Below are positions 39,239-49,671 of a stretch of DNA of 64,000 nt, piece after piece. Position numbers and translations under genes: made by a program. The notes under the pieces were generated by a model. That model ran no database searches. It had not been told where the DNA came from and saw only the letters and a program-made list of their open reading frames with translations. How positions within the stretch are numbered: position 1 is the stretch's first letter; every line of letters starts with the position of its first letter. The DNA is from Eubacteriales bacterium (GTDB lineage Bacteria > Bacillota > Clostridia > Oscillospirales > CAG-272), in contig JAVBPA010000001.1 in assembly GCA_031549925.1 (NCBI GenBank), forward strand, positions 21,187 to 85,186. Direction: 5' to 3'.

Positions 39239-41407
39239 ATGACATCTAATTTATATAAAACTAAAATAAAAATTTATATTTCCATAATTTCATTGTTTAT
39301 TATTGCGTTTTGTTTTTGTTCATGCAAACAAAATGTAAAAGAAGCTTTTATAGAAAATAGTTTTAAAATAGATCACATGATAAATTTACCTGCAATAAAT
39401 TATTTATGCAGCAATAATAATTATTATATAGCAAAAGAAGAGGACAAATCAAAAACTTCTGTCGATATATTAATATATGATTTGTTTTTCAACAAAGTAA
39501 ACAATTTTAATGTTGAAATTAATAATAATATAATAAGAACAACAGAAAACGAACTATTGATGTTTAAAGACAAATATATTGAAAATAGTCAAAACCCAAT
39601 AAAAATAATAGAAAAATATGACATAAACGGGCAAATTTTACATTCTAGTGAAATAAAAAACATTAAAAATAATGATAATTTTTATATTTTTAATTGTTTT
39701 GAAAAAAATGATTTTTTATATTTAATAACTGACAAAGGTTTTAAAACATTAAATAAAAATTTCGAAATTATTAATGAAACAGAATATAATATTCAAAATT
39801 CTTGTATTATAAACAATAATAAAGATATTTCTGAATCCGTAATTATTTACACAAAAAACAACGGAGCTTTTTGTATAGCAAAAATCAACAACGATAATTT
39901 GTCTATTGTTTGGGATATTGAATACGGCTGGATTTCCGGTGTTTCTTCTTTGGTTTTTTTACCTGCGGAAGAATGGATTATTTTACTTGACAGAATGCAA
40001 ATTAAAGCAATTGACGTAAATACAGGTGAATATTTAGGTGTATTATGTAACATTTCAAACGAAATTGATTATAATATTGAAAAAGCCTGTTTGGGTTTAG
40101 ATAATGAAAAAAAATTAATTTTTTATACAATTCCTATAGATATTAACCAAAATGAAAGTATTGTATATTCCATAAATAAAATGTCTTCTGATGAATATAA
40201 TAATTATATTTATAAAAAAGAAAAAGAAAAAGATAATATAACGATAAAAGTATACATGGATGTTAAACCTGATCATTATGATGAATATGAAGCTGAATAT
40301 AAAAGAAAAACAAATATCAATATTATAAGTGATGTTTTTAGTGATATGCCGTATTTGACAGACCCAAGCCGTGACGATTTTATACAAAAATTAAACGCAT
40401 CATTTTTATCCGGTACTGCAGATTGGGATATATTATTGGTAAGAAATTTTGATTATTGTAAATATACCGATAAAAATATATTTTATGATATGTATTCACT
40501 GGAAAAAGGATCTGATTTAAAAAATGACGATAAATATTATACAAATATTTTTGATTCCTGCAGTTCAAAAACCAACGGTAAATTATATATATATCCCTCT
40601 GATATAACATTAAGTCTTGTTTTAGGTAAAAATAATTTAATAAAAAAGTATATACCAAATATTGATTTTAATTCATGGAAGTGGGAAGATGTAATAAACA
40701 AAATATATCCTAATTTAGATGAAAATATTACTGTTTTCGAAAAATCTATAATTTCATCAAAAGAAGAAGAAACAATAAAATCCATAATTCAACGCGAAGC
40801 TATGGGAGTAATTGAAAATTATATAGTTTTAAAGAAAAATAAAACCGATGTAATAAATTACATAAAAAAATATATAACTACAATTGAATCCTTGAATAAC
40901 GATAATATTTATAATAAAAACGGAAACGATGAAATTTTTATCAGCGATACATCATTAAGTTTATTTACATTATTTGTTCAATCTATTGAAAATAAAAATA
41001 TAATTTTAGTACCTGCTCCTTCAATGGAAGATAACAAATCGAATTTTATTTTTTACGTTTATGAATCTTATCTTATAATGGAAAAAAGTTCGGTAAAAGA
41101 AGAAGCTTTTGAATATATCCGTTTTTTAGCTGAGGAATGCGGAAATATAAAAACTTCACCCTGTAAAGAAGTTAATAAAAGAACAATTGAAGATTTAAAA
41201 AAACAAAATATCGGTTATTATTTCAATGAGAATTTATATAATTCTTATTTAAAATTTTTAGAAAAAGCCGATAATCATTATACATTATTATCAAACATAT
41301 ATTCTCATTTATACCAAACGACAGAAAAATACTTAGAAGGATTGCTTGATTTAGATAAAGCTTCAGAATCTATATATGATAAATTTTGGATTTACTACAA
41401 TGAATAA
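39239..41407 (+). CDS. Large lipoprotein: unknown N-terminal half plus an ABC solute-binding module (paralog 2)
   Basis: Lipobox FCFCSC. FLSGTADWDILLV, GKLYIYPSD and the tail IYDKFWIYYNE parallel paralog 1. Start set at the second ATG, which follows TGGAGA. Confidence 0.65.
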   Translation: MTSNLYKTKIKIYISIISLFIIAFCFCSCKQNVKEAFIENSFKIDHMINLPAINYLCSNNNYYIAKEEDKSKTSVDILIYDLFFNKVNNFNVEINNNIIRTTENELLMFKDKYIENSQNPIKIIEKYDINGQILHSSEIKNIKNNDNFYIFNCFEKNDFLYLITDKGFKTLNKNFEIINETEYNIQNSCIINNNKDISESVIIYTKNNGAFCIAKINNDNLSIVWDIEYGWISGVSSLVFLPAEEWIILLDRMQIKAIDVNTGEYLGVLCNISNEIDYNIEKACLGLDNEKKLIFYTIPIDINQNESIVYSINKMSSDEYNNYIYKKEKEKDNITIKVYMDVKPDHYDEYEAEYKRKTNINIISDVFSDMPYLTDPSRDDFIQKLNASFLSGTADWDILLVRNFDYCKYTDKNIFYDMYSLEKGSDLKNDDKYYTNIFDSCSSKTNGKLYIYPSDITLSLVLGKNNLIKKYIPNIDFNSWKWEDVINKIYPNLDENITVFEKSIISSKEEETIKSIIQREAMGVIENYIVLKKNKTDVINYIKKYITTIESLNNDNIYNKNGNDEIFISDTSLSLFTLFVQSIENKNIILVPAPSMEDNKSNFIFYVYESYLIMEKSSVKEEAFEYIRFLAEECGNIKTSPCKEVNKRTIEDLKKQNIGYYFNENLYNSYLKFLEKADNHYTLLSNIYSHLYQTTEKYLEGLLDLDKASESIYDKFWIYYNE

Positions 41408-41493
41408 AACCTTAAATTATGTTTAATTTAAAAATAATGTTTATGTGATAATTATACATTATTCATTTTCATACAAATTATTTCATGATTTTA

Positions 41494-41521
41494 TTGACAT
41501 ACATGAAAAATTATATATAAT
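41494..41521 (+). promoter_or_regulatory. Sigma-A-like promoter
   Basis: TTGACA (41494-41499), a 16-nt spacer, then TATAAT (41516-41521). Confidence 0.5.
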
Positions 41522-41554
41522 ACATTTATAAAATAAACAAAGGGGTGAATCAAT

Positions 41555-42838
41555 ATGGAAAAAGCTATTGACCATTCAGTTTTGACAGGTGATTATATAA
41601 CTTGGGCTGAAAATGAATATATAAAATTAGGTGTAAATTTAGGTCTCGGAGGAGCTGTTACATATTTAGCTGAACACGGGCAAAAAAACTTGATTAACAG
41701 CGCGGATTGGGGACGTCAGGTACAGATGTCTTTTTACAGCCATCCTGTTCCTTTTCATCCGGAAGGCCATGATATGCGTGAAAGCTGGAAATATATCGGT
41801 TGGAATCCCATACAGTGCGGAGACTGCTACGGTAATCGTTCTCAAATATTGGAATATGAAAACAAAGGTGATTCCATATATGTAAAATGTATTCCCATGC
41901 ACTGGCCTCTTGATAACTATCCGGGAGAATGTACATTTGAAACATGGTATAAACTGGTTGGAAAACGCGTTGATGTAATTGCGAAAATAAATAACGCACG
42001 TCCGGATACAACAAAATACGAAGCTCGCCATCAGGAATTACCTGCCGTTTATACAAACGGGGAATGGTATAAAATTATATCATATATAGGAAACAAACCG
42101 TTTTCGGAAGATAATACAAAGGTTTTGATTGATATCGACGATGGTAAAGGCTGGCCCTGGATAACTTTCAGACCCACAGAAAACTGGGCGGCTTTATTAA
42201 ATTGCGATAACTACGGACTGGGGATTATGAATCCTATAACTAATAACTTTTTAGGGGGCTTCGCCGGTCAAAAAGGTTCAGGCGGCGAAAAAGACGGTCC
42301 TACCGGTTATTTAAGTCCCACTCTTGCGGAAGTTCTTGATTATAATATAGTTTATGATTATAACTACAGTTTAATTGTGGGAAATGTCGAAGAAATACGT
42401 AAAACAGCTTGCGAAATTGCTCCGCCTACAAAACGTAAATTTTCATTTGACGGTACACGCGACCATTGGAGTTATCGCGGTATAACAGATAAAGGATTTC
42501 CGGTTCCCGGCTTTCTTGAATTCGATTTCAACGCCGGTAATTCGCTCGCTGCTCCCGAGCTGTTTTGGAAAAATCTAAGCGGTATAAAATTTGATGGTAT
42601 ATTTACTTCGGACAGCGAAATAACGGGTAAAGTTACTGTTGTTTTGTACGACGGTCAATGTCATGAAAGAGGATATCAGTATCCAACCAAATCTTTCCCG
42701 TTTTCATTTAACGGTTCAAATGAAAGAAAAACTTACACAGCTTCTATAGGAGAAACCGGAGAATTCGGAATTGTCGGTCTTTATGTAGAAGCCGGATGTG
42801 CGGGACATGCGAAAATATTCGGGATCGAGCTTGTTTAA
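41555..42838 (+). CDS. Hypothetical cytoplasmic protein (possible carbohydrate-active enzyme by context only)
   Basis: AGGGGTGA RBS. 427 aa, no signal peptide, globular composition. I do not recognise a family. Confidence 0.5.
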   Translation: MEKAIDHSVLTGDYITWAENEYIKLGVNLGLGGAVTYLAEHGQKNLINSADWGRQVQMSFYSHPVPFHPEGHDMRESWKYIGWNPIQCGDCYGNRSQILEYENKGDSIYVKCIPMHWPLDNYPGECTFETWYKLVGKRVDVIAKINNARPDTTKYEARHQELPAVYTNGEWYKIISYIGNKPFSEDNTKVLIDIDDGKGWPWITFRPTENWAALLNCDNYGLGIMNPITNNFLGGFAGQKGSGGEKDGPTGYLSPTLAEVLDYNIVYDYNYSLIVGNVEEIRKTACEIAPPTKRKFSFDGTRDHWSYRGITDKGFPVPGFLEFDFNAGNSLAAPELFWKNLSGIKFDGIFTSDSEITGKVTVVLYDGQCHERGYQYPTKSFPFSFNGSNERKTYTASIGETGEFGIVGLYVEAGCAGHAKIFGIELV

Positions 42839-42845
42839 ATAAGAA

Positions 42846-43000
42846 GCCGCAAGGAAACGGTCGCTTTTGAGAAAAGCAAGGTCAACAAGTAGACCAAAGT
42901 CAACAAGTAGACCAAAGTCAACAAGTAGACCAAAGTCAACAAGTAGACCAAAGTCAACAAGTAGACCAAAGTCAACAAGTTGACTAGCCGCAAAACTTTT
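42846..43000 (-). repeat. REP-like hairpin element, copy C (reverse orientation), split by the tandem array
   Basis: Left half gccgcaaggaaacggtcgcttttgagaaaagc and right half tagccgcaaaactttt together align with the reverse complements of copies A and B. Confidence 0.65.
42881..42984. repeat. Perfect 18-bp tandem array (5 full units plus a 14-nt variant unit)
   Basis: gtcaacaagtagaccaaa x5 (42881-42970) is followed by gtcaacaagttgac. The last unit is a perfect inverted repeat, GTCAAC-aa-GTTGAC. Confidence 0.95.
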
Positions 43001-43034
43001 ATATAAATTATTTTTGATTTTTCACTGTAATATA

Positions 43035-43071
43035 AAAGCCGCTGAACATTATATGTTTTACGGCTTTTTTT
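43035..43071. terminator. Bidirectional intrinsic terminator
   Basis: Hairpin aaagccg/cggcttt followed by ttttttt. An A-rich run precedes it. Confidence 0.6.
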
Positions 43072-43077
43072 ATGATT

Positions 43078-44295
43078 TTAATAAAAAATATTTTTTTCAC
43101 CCGTAAATAATTTGTAATATTTGGAATAAAAAAACGCACATATCATTTGTGAAACCGGAACAGATAAAAGAAGCAAAAAAATCGGTATTTTTCCTATAAG
43201 AATTCCTATAATCGTTGAAGCTAAAGCACTTCCCGCGGTAGTCATTATCATTCGCCACGCATTATAAATACCCGCGCTTTCCTGCGGTATAAACTTATAA
43301 ACCATACAGGGAACCGAATAGTTTACCATCATTATTCCGAAAGCGGCAGCGGAATAAAAAATTAAAAAAATTTCGGGACCTCCTAATATTGACAATGGAA
43401 AAAGCGAAGCCATGATACTCCCTATCATATTAACCGCGTGTAAATTCATACGGCGTGTCAAAAAGGCATAAACGATACTTCCAAGCACATTTGCCGCAGC
43501 AGCGAAAGCGGCTATATAAGGACCGTTTATATTGGTAAATCCAGCTTCACGCAATCCGATAACCGCAGCCATACCGATAATACCCATTGCGATTCCTCGT
43601 GTAAAATTCGGAATTATAAACACATAGAAACATTTCATTCTAAAAAGCGCGGTGATACTGCTCATAACTGATGTTTTATTTAATTTTATATCCGAATTTG
43701 TATTACCATTTATTATTTTAAATGAATGATTTACATATGCCGCCGCTCCCATTATAAGAGCGGATATGATAAAACATATGCTCATAACGCTAAAATAGGA
43801 ATATTTTTTTAAGAATGCTGAAAGTATAATACCCGGAAATATTCCTACAATACCGATTAAAACTCCGTCAGTTGCTAATATTGAACTGTAATTTTTCATT
43901 TCGAATATTTGATATGGAAATTTATATTCGTATATCGCGCGTAAAGCTAAGATAAGCGCTTGCACCAGTCCGATTAAAAGAACAATGTACAGAAGTAAAT
44001 TGTGAGATATATTTTCATTAACGAAACATAATGGGATAAATCCAAAAGTTATAGCTGACGCTAAAGCTGTATACAGAGTTATAGGTTGTTTTATTTTTTT
44101 TGCTTTATCGGATATATTTGAAAAAATAACAGTGATTAATACATTTATCATATTAACCGCTGTTATATAAATACCTATCTCAAAAGACGAAAGTCCTATT
44201 TTATCATAAAAAGTTTGAATTATCGTACCGCCGGTAAAAGCGATAGAAGTATTAATTAATATATCACGTATATACAGCTTTATCGGATTTGACAT
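43078..44295 (-). CDS. MFS-type transporter-like membrane protein
   Basis: About 12 hydrophobic segments in a 6+6 arrangement with a central loop. No diagnostic motif was read. Confidence 0.55.
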   Translation of the reverse strand: MSNPIKLYIRDILINTSIAFTGGTIIQTFYDKIGLSSFEIGIYITAVNMINVLITVIFSNISDKAKKIKQPITLYTALASAITFGFIPLCFVNENISHNLLLYIVLLIGLVQALILALRAIYEYKFPYQIFEMKNYSSILATDGVLIGIVGIFPGIILSAFLKKYSYFSVMSICFIISALIMGAAAYVNHSFKIINGNTNSDIKLNKTSVMSSITALFRMKCFYVFIIPNFTRGIAMGIIGMAAVIGLREAGFTNINGPYIAAFAAAANVLGSIVYAFLTRRMNLHAVNMIGSIMASLFPLSILGGPEIFLIFYSAAAFGIMMVNYSVPCMVYKFIPQESAGIYNAWRMIMTTAGSALASTIIGILIGKIPIFLLLLSVPVSQMICAFFYSKYYKLFTGEKNIFY

Positions 44296-44519
44296 TTGGC
44301 ACTCTTTATTTATATAAATTTAAATCATAGCAATCTGCATATTATCATTACTTTTTGTTTTTGTCAATAATGGTTTGGTTTTTCGGTATTTTTCTTATAT
44401 AAAATATATTTGTTAATTTATTGTTCCAAAAATTATCAATCTTTCTTTTTTTATTAATAATTTTTGTATATAATTATAAACAAATATATAATATCTTAAT
44501 TTTTTAGGAGGAAGCAATA

Positions 44520-46613
44520 ATGGGACCTGGCGGACATTGGGGACCTTCACATTCGGAAATGAACGAAAAATTAAAAGAACCGAAACCGCAATCTATCAGG
44601 GAAGTTCCTGATTATTTATGGCGTCTTATATCAAAATTTTTCTACAGACTTTTTTATATTTTTGTTCTTGTATGGGAAACGAATCCATGGATTCTGGCTT
44701 TAATGGTATTTATGGCAGTTTTTCACGGAGTAGTTCCGGTTATAAACGCTCTTATATCAGCTAACCTAATAAATTCATTGGTTTCAGCTTATAACGCGGC
44801 TCAAGCAGGATTACCGGATCAATTTAATACGGTTTTATATGCGTTATTATTACAATTCGGAGTTTTGTTTTTTAATGGATTAATTTCAAGTGTTAACGGT
44901 ATATTGGAGAGAATTTCAGGTGAACTGGTAGTTAATCATGTAAATATTAAAATCATGAATAAAGCACGTGAAATTGATTTGGCAAGTTTTGACAGGCCTG
45001 AGTTTTATGAAAAACTTGAAAATGCGAGCCGTGAAGCCGGAAATCGTCCGATTCAAATAATGAACTCCACTTTCAGGATTTTCAGTACTTTTATAAGTAT
45101 GATATCATTTATATTAATTCTTTGGGCTATAAGTCCTTTCGCTCCTTTATTAATTATAATTATGTCTGTTCCGTCTGCTATCATAAATTTTACATACCGC
45201 AAAAAGAATTTCAATTATATCCGCCGCCGTTCTAAAGACCGCCGCCGCATGTCATATTATAACGGTCTTATGACAAACAAAGACATAGTAAAAGAAGTCC
45301 GTATATTCGGTCTTTCCGATACCTTCATTAACAGATACCACGAAACATTTAAACGGTATTATTCCGGACTCCGAAAAATTTTTGTAAGCGAAGGAGCTTG
45401 GCATATTTCAATTTCGTTGGTTACCACGGTAATAAACTGTATTCTTTATCTTTACATTGCCAAAATGGTATGTACTGGTTCTATAGAAGTTGGTAATTAT
45501 ACTTTATATACAGGAGCTTTACATTCGATAGCCGGAGGTATTGCAACACTGATTTCTACGACAGCCACAATTTACGAAGGTACTTTATTCATTGATAATA
45601 TGATAGTTTTTATGAATGAAAAAAAGACTGTCGCTCCAATACTTGATAATCCGGTTCATGTAGAACGTCATACCGGTCATGTTGTTGAATTTAAAAATGT
45701 GTCTTTTCGTTATCCGGGTACGGAACGCGATGTTATAAAAAATATTAATTTAAAACTGAATCCCGGCGATACCGTTGTTCTCGTCGGTTTAAACGGAGCG
45801 GGGAAGACAACTCTCATAAAATTATTAACACGCCTTTACGACCCTACGGAGGGGGTTATTTATCTCGACGGAAGAGATATCCGGGAGTATGATATTGATG
45901 AATTATACCGTGTTTTCGGAATTATATTCCAGGATTTCGGAAAATATGCGGTTACTGTTACAGAAAATATAGATTTCGGACAAATAGGTAAACCAATATC
46001 GGAAGAAGAAATTAAAGAAGCGGCAAGAAGAAGTAACAGCGCTGACTTTATTGAAGCTTTACCTGATAAATACGATACTCCTTTAATGAGAAACTTTGAA
46101 GAAAACGGAATAGAACTTTCGATCGGTCAGTGGCAGAAACTGGCTATAGCCCGCGCTTTTTACAGTGATTCGGATATATTAATACTGGATGAACCCACAG
46201 CTTCGCTGGATGCTATTGCCGAACAGGAAATATATAATCAATTTGATGAACTTCGCCAGAATAAACTTACGATATTTGTTTCACACCGTCTTTCAAGCGC
46301 GACTGTAGCTTCTAAAATAATAGTTTTACAAAACGGCGAAATTATAGAAGAAGGAAATCATGCGGAGCTTATGCGTGCCGGAGGGCATTATTATGAACTG
46401 TTTTCGACTCAGGCTAAACGATATATAACGACTATGGATCCTGATAACAATTTTATCAATATGGATAATGCTGAATTTGAAAAAGATAAATCAGTTGACA
46501 AAAATAAAAATTTTTACGATGAAAAAAGAAATGAACTTAAAAATAAATTATTAAAAGAACGCGGAAAACAAGATACAAAACCGCCTTTTGATGATAAAAT
46601 AACTCAGCATTAA
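44520..46613 (+). CDS. ABC exporter, fused permease/ATPase (MsbA/multidrug type) with a K/E/D-rich C-terminal tail
   Basis: AGGAGG RBS. Six N-terminal TM segments. Walker A GLNGAGKTT, signature LSIGQWQK, Walker B ILILDEPTASLD. Confidence 0.85.
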   Translation: MGPGGHWGPSHSEMNEKLKEPKPQSIREVPDYLWRLISKFFYRLFYIFVLVWETNPWILALMVFMAVFHGVVPVINALISANLINSLVSAYNAAQAGLPDQFNTVLYALLLQFGVLFFNGLISSVNGILERISGELVVNHVNIKIMNKAREIDLASFDRPEFYEKLENASREAGNRPIQIMNSTFRIFSTFISMISFILILWAISPFAPLLIIIMSVPSAIINFTYRKKNFNYIRRRSKDRRRMSYYNGLMTNKDIVKEVRIFGLSDTFINRYHETFKRYYSGLRKIFVSEGAWHISISLVTTVINCILYLYIAKMVCTGSIEVGNYTLYTGALHSIAGGIATLISTTATIYEGTLFIDNMIVFMNEKKTVAPILDNPVHVERHTGHVVEFKNVSFRYPGTERDVIKNINLKLNPGDTVVLVGLNGAGKTTLIKLLTRLYDPTEGVIYLDGRDIREYDIDELYRVFGIIFQDFGKYAVTVTENIDFGQIGKPISEEEIKEAARRSNSADFIEALPDKYDTPLMRNFEENGIELSIGQWQKLAIARAFYSDSDILILDEPTASLDAIAEQEIYNQFDELRQNKLTIFVSHRLSSATVASKIIVLQNGEIIEEGNHAELMRAGGHYYELFSTQAKRYITTMDPDNNFINMDNAEFEKDKSVDKNKNFYDEKRNELKNKLLKERGKQDTKPPFDDKITQH

Positions 46614-46706
46614 AATTATATAAAATACATTTTATAAAGGAAAACAAAAATTATAAATCATACATAAAATAAATTTTTAAATCATATAAATAATTGTAAA
46701 AACAAA

Positions 46707-46742
46707 AATCGCAGTCTGCTTGTTTAAAAGTTGACTGCGATT
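46707..46742. terminator. Bidirectional intrinsic terminator (ABC exporter / rpsU)
   Basis: Hairpin aatcgcagtc/gactgcgatt, flanked by aaacaaaa and cttaattattttt. Confidence 0.65.
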
Positions 46743-46862
46743 CTTAATTATTTTTCCGAATAACTGTTAAAATTAAAACGATATTTCCGAAAAAACTGTT
46801 TTCGCTAAATTAAATAATTCTTTTAATTTTGCGAGAAGTCCGTTAATTATTCACTTAAAGTA

Positions 46863-47039
46863 TTATTTATACTTTCTCTTACGTGCCGCTTCGGATTTTT
46901 TCTTGCGTTTTACGCTTGGTTTTTCATAATGTTCTCTTTTACGGAGTTCAGTTAAAACACCGGATCTGGCGCATTGTCTCTTAAATCTGCGAAGAGCACT
47001 GTCAAGCGATTCATTTTCCTTTAATCTGATTTCTGCCAT
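46863..47039 (-). CDS. rpsU: 30S ribosomal protein S21
   Basis: At 58 aa it falls below the track threshold. Translation [68 protein letters not shown]. Confidence 0.85.
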   Translation of the reverse strand: MAEIRLKENESLDSALRRFKRQCARSGVLTELRKREHYEKPSVKRKKKSEAARKRKYK

Positions 47040-47155
47040 TGTACTTATTCCCTCCCTTCGCTATAAGCAAAGAAAAAGATGATCTTAAAACTGCCGTAAT
47101 AAACGACAGCCCTCGTTAGATTCGCGCATATTTCCTACGATACCATCTCTGTAAT

Positions 47156-47184
47156 ATTATACAACACAATTTATTGCATGTCAA
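47156..47184 (-). promoter_or_regulatory. Consensus sigma-A promoter of rpsU
   Basis: The minus strand reads TTGACA-tgcaataaattgtgttg(17)-TATAAT. Confidence 0.55.
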
Positions 47185-47229
47185 TATAAAATGGAAAATT
47201 TAGAATTTAATTTATTTTTAATCTGTTCG

Positions 47230-49638
47230 TTATTTTACGACAATATTAACTAATTTATTTTTAATATAAATTTCTTTTACTATAATTTTTTCGGATATAG
47301 AGTTAATAACGAAATCACATTTTTTAACTTCATCCAATACATCTTTTTCGGCGGAATCTACAGCTATTCTTAATGTTCCGCGAAGCTTACCGTTGATTTG
47401 TATAGCTATCTCAACATCTGAATCCAATGTTTTTAATTCATCATAAGAAGGCCATTTTGCGAGAGATAAAATATTTTTATTTCCCAAAATTTCGTTAATT
47501 TCTTCGCTGATGTGAGGAGCAAAGGGACAAAGCAAAGTTATAAATATCAGAAGTTCATCACGGGTCAATTTATTCGCTTCATAAATTTCATTTAATAAAG
47601 TCATTAAAGCTGCGATTGCCGTGTTAAATTTCATTGTATCGATATCTGAAGTAACTTTTTTTATTGTCCGGTGGAAAGATTTTTCAAGTTCAGGTGTTGT
47701 TCCGTTTCCTTTTGTTATATCTAAAAGACCGGAAACACGATCTAAAAATCTTTTGCATCCTCTGATAGCGGCTGGAGACCATGGAGCGGATTTTTCAAAA
47801 TCACCGATGAACATTTCGTATAATCTCAGTGTATCAGCTCCGTATTCCGATATTATATCATCAGGATTTATAACGTTTCCTTTTGATTTGGACATCTTTT
47901 CGCCGTTTTCTCCCAATATCATACCGTGAGCCGTACGTTTTAAATAAGGCTCCGGACATGAGAGAATTCCGATATCATGTAAAAACAAAGCCCAGAAGCG
48001 TGAATATAATAAATGAAGTGTTACATGCTCCATACCGCCGTTATACCAATCGACCGGCATCCAGTAATCGAGAGCTTCTTTTGAAGCGCACACATCATCA
48101 TTTTTAGGATCGCAATAACGCATAAAATACCATGAAGAACCTGCCCAGTTAGGCATAGTGTCTGTTTCGCGTACGGCGGGTATTCCGCATTTGGGACAAG
48201 TTGTATTAACCCATTCTGTTATTTTCGCAAGCGGTGAATCTCCGTTTTCCGTAGGTTCATAATGTTCCACATCAGGCAGCATTAAGGGAAGTTCGTCTTC
48301 TCCGAGAGGAACCCATCCGCATTTTTCACACCATATCATCGGAACAGGTTCACCCCAATATCTTTGACGCGAAAATATCCAATCCCGCAATTTATAATTT
48401 ATTTTAGCTTTTCCGAGATTGTTTTCTTCCAGCCATTTTATAATTTTTTGTTTTGCTTCAGGTACATTTAAACCTGTGATAATACCGGAATTAATTAATA
48501 TACCAGTTTCAACATCGGTAAAAGCAGCTTCGTTTACATTTACGTTTTCGCCGTCAACGACTTGAATTATGGGTAAATTAAATTTTTTCGCAAAATCCCA
48601 GTCACGTTCATCATGAGCGGGAACTGCCATTATAGCACCGGTTCCGTATGAAGCGAGTACATAATCTGATATGAATATAGGCATAAATTCACCGGATGCC
48701 GGATTTATAGCACAAACTCCGTCAAGACAAACACCGGTTTTATCTTTTGCAAGTTCTGTGCGTTCAAAATCAGATTTTTTTGAAGCTTGTTCTCTGTAAG
48801 CACAAACATCAGCAGTATTTTTTAAAATAGGAAGCCATTTATCAACGAGTGAATGTTCCGGAGAAACCACCATATATGTCGCTCCGTAAAGAGTATCGGC
48901 ACGGGTAGTGAATACTGTTATCGTATCGCCGGAGGTTGTTTTAAAATCGATTTCCGCACCCTCGCTGCGTCCTATCCAGTTTATTTCCTGTGTTTTTACA
49001 CGTTCAATAAAATCGAGGTTTTCCAATCCATCAATTAATTTTTGAGCATATTCCGTTATTTTCAGCATCCATTGGCTTTTGATTTTTCTGACAACTTCAC
49101 TTCCGCAGCGTTCGCAAACGCCGCCTACTACTTCTTCGTTTGCTAAAACAATTTTACAGGAAGTACAAAAATTAACGTTCATTTCACGTTTGTACGCAAG
49201 TCCGTGCTTATAAAGCTGTAAAAATATCCATTGAGTCCATTTATAATAACAGGGATCAGTAGTATTTATTTCGCGTGACCAATCAAAAGAAAAACCGATG
49301 GCTTTTGCCTGAGCTGTGAATCTTTTAATATTATTTTCGGTTACAATTTTCGGATGAATTTTATTTTTTATCGCATAATTTTCAGTGGGTAAACCGAAAG
49401 CATCCCAGCCCATCGGGAATAATACATTATATCCCTGCATTCTTTTTTTTCGTGAAACAATATCCATTGCTGTATAAGGACGAGGATGACCTATATGAAG
49501 TCCTTGTCCTGACGGATAAGGGAATTCAACGAGCGTATAATATTTCGGTTTATCAGAATTATTATATGCGGCAAATGTATTGTTTTTTTCCCAAACATCC
49601 TGCCATTTACGTTCAATTTCTAAAAAATTATATTTCAT
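47230..49638 (-). CDS. leuS: Leucine--tRNA ligase
   Basis: HIGH motif ([10 protein letters not shown]), KMSKS motif (EKMSKSKGN), a CP1 editing-domain insertion and an 802-aa length. Confidence 0.95.
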   Translation of the reverse strand: MKYNFLEIERKWQDVWEKNNTFAAYNNSDKPKYYTLVEFPYPSGQGLHIGHPRPYTAMDIVSRKKRMQGYNVLFPMGWDAFGLPTENYAIKNKIHPKIVTENNIKRFTAQAKAIGFSFDWSREINTTDPCYYKWTQWIFLQLYKHGLAYKREMNVNFCTSCKIVLANEEVVGGVCERCGSEVVRKIKSQWMLKITEYAQKLIDGLENLDFIERVKTQEINWIGRSEGAEIDFKTTSGDTITVFTTRADTLYGATYMVVSPEHSLVDKWLPILKNTADVCAYREQASKKSDFERTELAKDKTGVCLDGVCAINPASGEFMPIFISDYVLASYGTGAIMAVPAHDERDWDFAKKFNLPIIQVVDGENVNVNEAAFTDVETGILINSGIITGLNVPEAKQKIIKWLEENNLGKAKINYKLRDWIFSRQRYWGEPVPMIWCEKCGWVPLGEDELPLMLPDVEHYEPTENGDSPLAKITEWVNTTCPKCGIPAVRETDTMPNWAGSSWYFMRYCDPKNDDVCASKEALDYWMPVDWYNGGMEHVTLHLLYSRFWALFLHDIGILSCPEPYLKRTAHGMILGENGEKMSKSKGNVINPDDIISEYGADTLRLYEMFIGDFEKSAPWSPAAIRGCKRFLDRVSGLLDITKGNGTTPELEKSFHRTIKKVTSDIDTMKFNTAIAALMTLLNEIYEANKLTRDELLIFITLLCPFAPHISEEINEILGNKNILSLAKWPSYDELKTLDSDVEIAIQINGKLRGTLRIAVDSAEKDVLDEVKKCDFVINSISEKIIVKEIYIKNKLVNIVVK

Positions 49639-49671
49639 ATTATCAAACCCTAACTAACTATTATCATAGTT

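Noticed and set aside
40115-40785. Three minus-strand ORFs of 82-92 aa inside lipoprotein gene 2
   Set aside because: These are open antisense frames of the kind typical of extremely AT-rich coding DNA. Their I/F/Y/N-rich sequence carries no start signals.
42881-42984. Possible CRISPR array
   Set aside because: The units are contiguous 18-mers with no unique spacers between them, and no cas genes are present. This is a plain tandem repeat.
49639-49671. Expected T-box leader upstream of leuS
   Set aside because: Only 33 nt separate rsfS and leuS. There is no room for a T-box and no T-box sequence was seen.
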